A stretch of 64,000 nt of DNA from Amoebidium appalachense. Taxonomy: Eukaryota; Protista; Ichthyosporea. The stretch lies in assembly GCA_963693365.1 (NCBI GenBank), contig CAVNZM010000002.1:17145615-17209614 (forward strand). Reading direction: 5' to 3'. The notes beneath the pieces are model-generated. The model ran no database searches. It was not told where the DNA came from and was given only the letters and a program-made list of their open reading frames with translations. Shown piece after piece: positions 49,165 to 64,000 of this stretch (within the stretch, counting starts at the first letter, position 1; each line of letters starts with the position of its first letter). The position numbers and the translations under genes are program-made.

Positions 49165-49525
49165 AGGGCCCAACCACATCGGCAGAGTCAACTTGCAAAA
49201 AGCAGAATTATTCTGCAAAAGTGGAATTAATCCGCTAAAAGCAGAATCATTCTGCAAAAGCAGAATCACTCTGCTTTTAGCAGAATTATTCTGCTTTTAG
49301 CAGATTGATTCTGCTTTTAGCAGATTGATTCTGCTTTTAGCAGATTGATTCTGCTTTTGCAGAATAATTCTGCTTTTGCTGAATAATTCTGCGTTTAGCA
49401 GGATTATTCTGCTTTTGCTGAATAATTCTGCGTTTAGCAGAATAATTCTGCTTTTTACAAAAATTTTGCCTTTGGAAAATAATTCTGCTCGGAGCAAGTT
49501 GACTAAGCCGATGTGGTTGGGCCCT
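49165..49525. mobile_element. MITE/foldback-like element (GGGCCC termini, PIF/Harbinger-like)
   Basis: ~30-bp TIR agggcccaaccacatcggc..agtcaacttgc; interior is a ~19-20-bp semi-palindromic tandem repeat (gcagaattattctgctttt); no clear TSD. Confidence 0.8.
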
Positions 49526-52500
49526 CCTTTATTCGCACCCATGCATACCACACAACCACTATGCGGCAATTGTTAATTATTGTATGCGAGTGGATCCCCC
49601 CCTCCCCCATCCCCCGCCCCCCCTCCCCCCTTCCCCCTTCCCCCTCGTCCCCCCCCACAGGCAGGACCTTTGGGCTTCTGTTCAGCCCACGGCATTAAAA
49701 AACCATCATGCTGGTAAATATTCTCAGAACCTTTCGAGCTATGTCGCTGGATTTAAGGCCACTCATAACCCATAAGGGAAGGTGGTGATGGCACACTTTA
49801 TCAAGGCATAGTAAGGTAGAGCTTACTAAAGCCTGCCACCCACAATACACACATCGTCACAAACACTTGTACACGGACACAGGTACACACTCACCCCGGC
49901 ACACATGTACACACCCACCCACACGCACACACACACACACGCGCACACGCACACATACACACAACCACACACCCACCAAACGCCCACACGTGCACACACA
50001 CACACACACACATGCACACACACGCAACACACACACACACAAACAAATATCGGGGTACGAAAAAGCACACAAGAACCAGCAACCACGACGCCACATGTAC
50101 GTGCACACGCTGATACACACGTGCACAGACACACAGGCGCACACGTGGGAAAACTGGAGATGCGCACGCGTGTGTGCAGACGTGCTCACACTGTTGGTGA
50201 TGGTGGGCACTCGCACACTCAGGCTGTTGCACACACACACATACATACAGATGTGTCGCACATATGGCGGAACATACGCGCACACAAGCCTAATTTCAAC
50301 ATTAGGAGTCTGCAGCTGGACGACGGGAACAACGTGTTTAGTGATATTACATAGCGCCATGCTACACGTGCAAAAACACGCACGCGTGTGGACGCGTGTG
50401 TATTAATGTGTGCACGTACATTGATACACAACATTACGTCTCTGGTGGGGACCCACCCACAAAGGCACACACAAATATACATGCTGCAAGTTACAAATAT
50501 ATGCCATGGCCATGGCGCACACGCTCACTGATGTACGGTGAAACACGCACACATGTATTAACAGTGCGTGTACACGCATGCTCATGTCCACACACGCAAA
50601 CACACAGAGGCACGCACTGTGACATGTACGCTGTCGGAAACCGCACACACATTTAGATAACCGTGCAGACGCACTGACAACCACAAACAAATATGCCCAC
50701 AGACACACGAACGGACGCGCACACATGGTCATGACAGACACATGCACATGCCGCACCGTGGCACACTCTCACACACATGTACACGTGCCCAGTTGCCATG
50801 ACACAACACCGACACGCACACCTAATATAGGCCTGCGCATCATGCGGCACACACACCACACGCACACGCACAAACGTCGCACACATGCACACACGTGCAC
50901 ACGTCACCTGCACGCACAAAATACATATGCACACACACACACACGCACACACACACACACACGCACACACACACACACACATACACACACACGCACACAC
51001 ACGCACACACACACACACACACCGTGGCACACGTGTGCTAGCTGTACCGTAGTTGAATTTACTAACAAACACGTGTGAAAGGTGTACAGCAGGCCTAGGG
51101 TGGCCATGTGTACGTACTGTACACATGCCATGGATTATATTCACCCCATATAGGGTTATTAGGGCCTTGGTCAGCCAATCAGCTAGGCTCCTGCCTTGCC
51201 ATAAAGCTTATCCAATAAGCACTTATATTAGCACATTCCAGCGTTCTACAACAGCCAATCGCGCTACTTTATGCTATCCGCGGATATCTGGGTTAGGTCA
51301 CAGCAACGTCGCTCCCATAGATCATCATCACATTCACCAGTTCGCTTTGTTGCTTCGTTTATATGTTTTTATTTGTTAGTGAACCATAAGTGAAACTAGT
51401 TCTTATCTACCGTGCGTTTTCTAGCTCCACATAGGATAGGGTGGCAGACGTGTGTGTATAACACTCTAACGAACTGGTTTAGCAAACACCATTGGTGCAC
51501 TGAAAGATTCTACACAAAATTTTGACTCGGTGTGGGTGTGTGAAGTTGTCACCAAGGCCAAGTGTGGCTGGACCTCCCTGTCCGTACGGTCGTGTTTGTG
51601 TTGAGGTAAGCGTCAACCGTTTTTTTTTGTAAGCGTGATGAGAGCGTAATTCTTCATCTAAACACGTGCACGAATCGTCTATAGACAGAAATTAACGAGT
51701 TCTTGTACCTGTTCCAAACGTTCTCACGCGTGCATAACGTCTTGCAAGACTTTCTTGAAATTTTCGGTATGAAGATTTTGGAGTAAAAAAAATGGATAAT
51801 AGGACTGCCACGGCCCCTTCTTGTGAGTGCACACCAGAGTAAGTGCATCTTCCTGTGGCTATGTTGCTGGAGGAACAAACGAAAAGGTGCTTGTAGCTTT
51901 GGGCGTGTATAAGTTGTGTAAGGCCATCAACTTATGTGAGCACAAGCACCACAGGCAAAGCTGCAAGGGCATAACACCATCTGTGCATGGGTGCTTATTC
52001 AGGTGGGCACACGCGCACGGGCACAACAAGAGTAGGACAAATATGGATGCAAGATCCATATGGTGTGAATAGGCGTTATCACAGCACGAGGCGCATACAC
52101 ACACGAACACGTGGGGTCCACGTGCTTGCTTGCACGTGCGCTGAGCGCCGGACACAAACGTATCCAAGTGACTTTCTTTTCTGGCTCTTTGTTCAACAGC
52201 CTGGCTGAACCCAGGTTTTCTATCTCAAATCTCCTCTACACTTTACTCTACGTGTTGTAAATTTTCATCTTTTTGTTAGATCACATGGAAATGCTAGTGC
52301 ACTAAAATTGAAATGAAACTTGCGCATCATTAACAGATTTCTTGCTATGACGCTGCTTAGTTTCTCCCTTGCTTCCCCCCACTCCACCCCTTGTGTGAAA
52401 ATTCTGCCAAAACTTCGCTGTGTTGTCCGTCGTGAATGTGCACTTCGTAGGCAATGGGCTCTGCTTGTGTGTGTATACTCTCTCTGTTTCGTATCGATTG

Positions 52501-52687
52501 AGGTTCTTTGTGAAACAAGACTTCTTTGCGCATCTGTGTGCTTCATCACCTGAAATACTTTCTAGCCCCCTTCCCCCCACTCCTTTGAAATTCCTCCATC
52601 AACCTATCTTCCTCTGAAGCTCCCCCCTTCGGCTGCTCTCTCACTAACATACAGTGTGTATGACACCCACCCACACAACCACATTTG

Positions 52688-52767
<80 letters not shown>

Positions 52768-52838
52768 AAGGGTACCTGTTTTTGCAGACGACCTGGCAGC
52801 TTGCGAGCTGCCGCCGCCCACCTTCCCTCCTGTGCACA

Positions 52839-61356
<8,518 letters not shown>

Positions 61357-64000
61357 TTTTCTTTAATGCATTAAAGCTCATTTCGCCCTTCCCTCCGTTT
61401 GTTTTCTTTTTTTCTTTTTTCTTTTTCTTTTTTTCTGCATTCACTCTACCACCATTTGTCTCTTGTATTCTACGGTGGAACGGATGGATGGGAAGGTTGT
61501 TTTGCAACTGCCGAACACCCCTTGCCCCCCTCTCCGCCTCATTTCCCCCTCTCCAGACACAAACTCGCACTCACACACACTCACACTCGCCACACACACC
61601 CATCCTCCAACCCATCCCCCCCCCCCCCCCCCCCCCCCCCCTCCCCCCCACACACACACGTTTTATTTTACGAGGGTGCCTTTTTTCTTGTGACCTTGCA
61701 AAACAAACTCACATACACGTTTGCCTATCAGAACCATGAAACTTTGACATGCCCAACCAAATCCCTTTGTCTACTAGTAGGACTTGTGGTTCTACCAGTA
61801 GAAATTGTTGTTCTACTCCCGACTCTAGCTTGATGGCAATCAACCCTGTGTGATTGGCCGCTTATAGAGTTAACCTCTACGTATGCATATTGAAGCACCA
61901 GAGATAGCAGACATCTAGTAGTGTGTCTGAAAATGTAAATACAGATGCAATTATATTCTATTTGATACAAACGTGTTGAGTTCTAGCTATTGGTGGTTTT
62001 AGCGAGATGTATGTACATATAGACAAGTGGATTTCCATAAATTGAAGAAGTGAAAGATGGTGACACGGTGCAGAGTCGTCCTGTGGTCACAATTATCATG
62101 GAAGCAAGACTGCCGGTCAGTGTGTGTGTGTGTGTGTGTTCAGCGTGTGTGTGTGTGTGTGACTTGTGTGTGTGGCTGTGTGTGTGCTCGGGGTTGTGTG
62201 TGTTAACGTTCAAGGCATGTGACACTGTGTGTAACAGTGTGTTCAGGGTGACGCTGTGTTTGTGTGTGTTAGGGGTGTGTGTGTTTAATGCTGTGCTCGG
62301 ACTGCCTGGCCAGGCTGTTACATGTGGGTGTACCCCGTGACACGGTGTGTGTACCACAGTGCATGTGTTGTTAGCATGGCCCGTATACCCGCATGATGTT
62401 TGTGTGCGCCAGAGAGAGGAATCCGATCGGGAAGGAGGGCCAAGAAGCTCAAGAAAGAGCCACGCAGGGGAAGGGGAGACGGCCTGCAAAGACCCGGGGG
62501 GTCGACCGAGAGCTAGAAGGCATTTTTAAATCTGAAACGGGGGGATGGGCAGTACTAAGTATTGAGGTCCCCCCTGGTGGTGGGTCCCCCCTCCCCCTGG
62601 GGGGGGGAGGGACCCACCTGCTCGAGGGTGTGGTCCCCCCCCCCCCAAGCTGACCACAGGGGTGGTGGGTCTGCCCCCCCCCCCCCCCCCCCCCCCCCCG
62701 CGATGGGGAATCCAACGGAACCCTCCGCGCCGGCCGCGGCTGCGTACTCTCTCAAGAGCGGCTCGTCCCCCCCCCCCCCCCCCCCCCCCCTCCCCCCCTT
62801 CTCATCCACCACCATCCCCAACATTAAGTTTGTACTAAGTCTTCTTCCCTTCCTTTTAACCAAGGCTTCGAATTTTTGACAAAGTTAGGGCAAATCTATC
62901 ATGCACAACATGTCACTGGGAGTGTGCATCTGCAATTTTTGTGCGGTGTAGAAGTGGGACCATGTGTGTATGTGAGCTTATGTGTCCTTAAGATGGGCAG
63001 GCACTCGGCACTGCTGATCACTGTGGTGGCCTGACAGTGTGCAAGTAAACGTCGTGCCACATTTGCAAGCTGTGTGGACGCAACGCGCTTAGCATGTGCA
63101 AAATTACATGGCCTTTCACGTCTGTGCTAGAGAAGAGGGTGTGTGCACACGTGTGGGTGTCACTGTACATGTGTGTCTCAGTGCGTGTTTGCCTGTGTGT
63201 GCGTTTGTGTGCATATGTGTGCGTGTGTTGTGTGTGTGTGTCAGTGATTGAGAAAGCTCCCAAATTTTCTGGCACTAAATCTGCGCGCGCGCGCAGGCGC
63301 CTTCCGTGGTATGTGTGTCTGGATTGCCATTATATCACGATGTGTGTGCGTGAACGTTAACGGTTGTTCAATTGCGAATGATGAGCATGCATGATGGCGC
63401 ACGAATGGATGAAATTGCGTCAGACAAATAACCGGGGGGGGGGGGGGGGGGGAGGAGGGGGGGAGGGGGGGAAAGGAGGGGGGAGGGGGGGGGGGGGATA
63501 GTTAAAGAGCGAAAAAGTCATATTTGGGTAGCCCGCTCGTCCCCCCCCTTCCCCCCCCCCCACCCCCCCCTGGAGGTGGTGGGTCCTCCCCCCCCCCCCC
63601 CCCTTCCCCAGCCAGCGGAGGGGTGGTGGCCCCCCCCCCCCCCCCAAACTTACTACTATCCCCCTCCTCGTTTCAATATCAAAAAGGCCGAACGTTGGAG
63701 GGGGAAGCGACACCTGTGGAGACATGTCTTCTGTGGCTTTATGATCTCCGTACACACACATGATAATAGTAGAAAAGGTTCAAGACAGGCTATTACGCTG
63801 TCAGACAAGCAAAATTTAGCCGCCGCCGGCTGAAATTGCTATGGCATGTGAGCTCGGCCTGAAATACTTCCATGTATGGAAGTATATACATGTAAGTATC
63901 TCAGTGCACGTGTGACGTCATTTCAGATTGAACAGTCCCGGACTCCGTCAGTAGTCTGACGGGGTACGTAGTCTGTTTTGAGCCATTAGTCGTTAAAGCA

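Noticed and set aside
63945-63972. Helitron 3' hairpin (ccgtcag-tagt-ctgacgg)
   Set aside because: The end is CGTAG rather than CTRR, and no 5' end or second copy is visible.

Overview
Eukaryotic genomic DNA, probably a unicellular opisthokont (inferred from a C-X2-C-X17-C-X2-C GATA finger and GT-AG introns with CTAAC branch points). Introns are full of (CA)n, (GA)n and poly-C/G tracts, so most listed ORFs are repeat artefacts. Host genes: a multi-exon PNUTS/PPP1R10-like gene (minus, <1-10422), a DUF3592-like membrane protein gene (minus, ~24121-28409), an intronless GATA factor (minus, 32307-33341) and a 7-exon NXPE/PC-esterase-type O-acyltransferase-like gene (plus, 52839-61356). The main feature is an intact Penelope-like retroelement of the permuted-domain Chlamys type (GIY-YIG-CxC-RT, 16926-22821). 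It is accompanied by near-identical 5'-truncated copies and a related ~453-bp non-autonomous family, all ending at poly-C tracts. All six pseudo-LTR copies carry every hammerhead ribozyme core motif, but in a non-canonical order (GUH, then GAAAC, then CUGAGGA), with compensatory changes between the two families. This suggests a split hammerhead that may need to dimerise, in a clade reported to lack canonical hammerheads. Several MITE-like DNA transposons are also present, including a 39-bp element with an 8-bp TSD.
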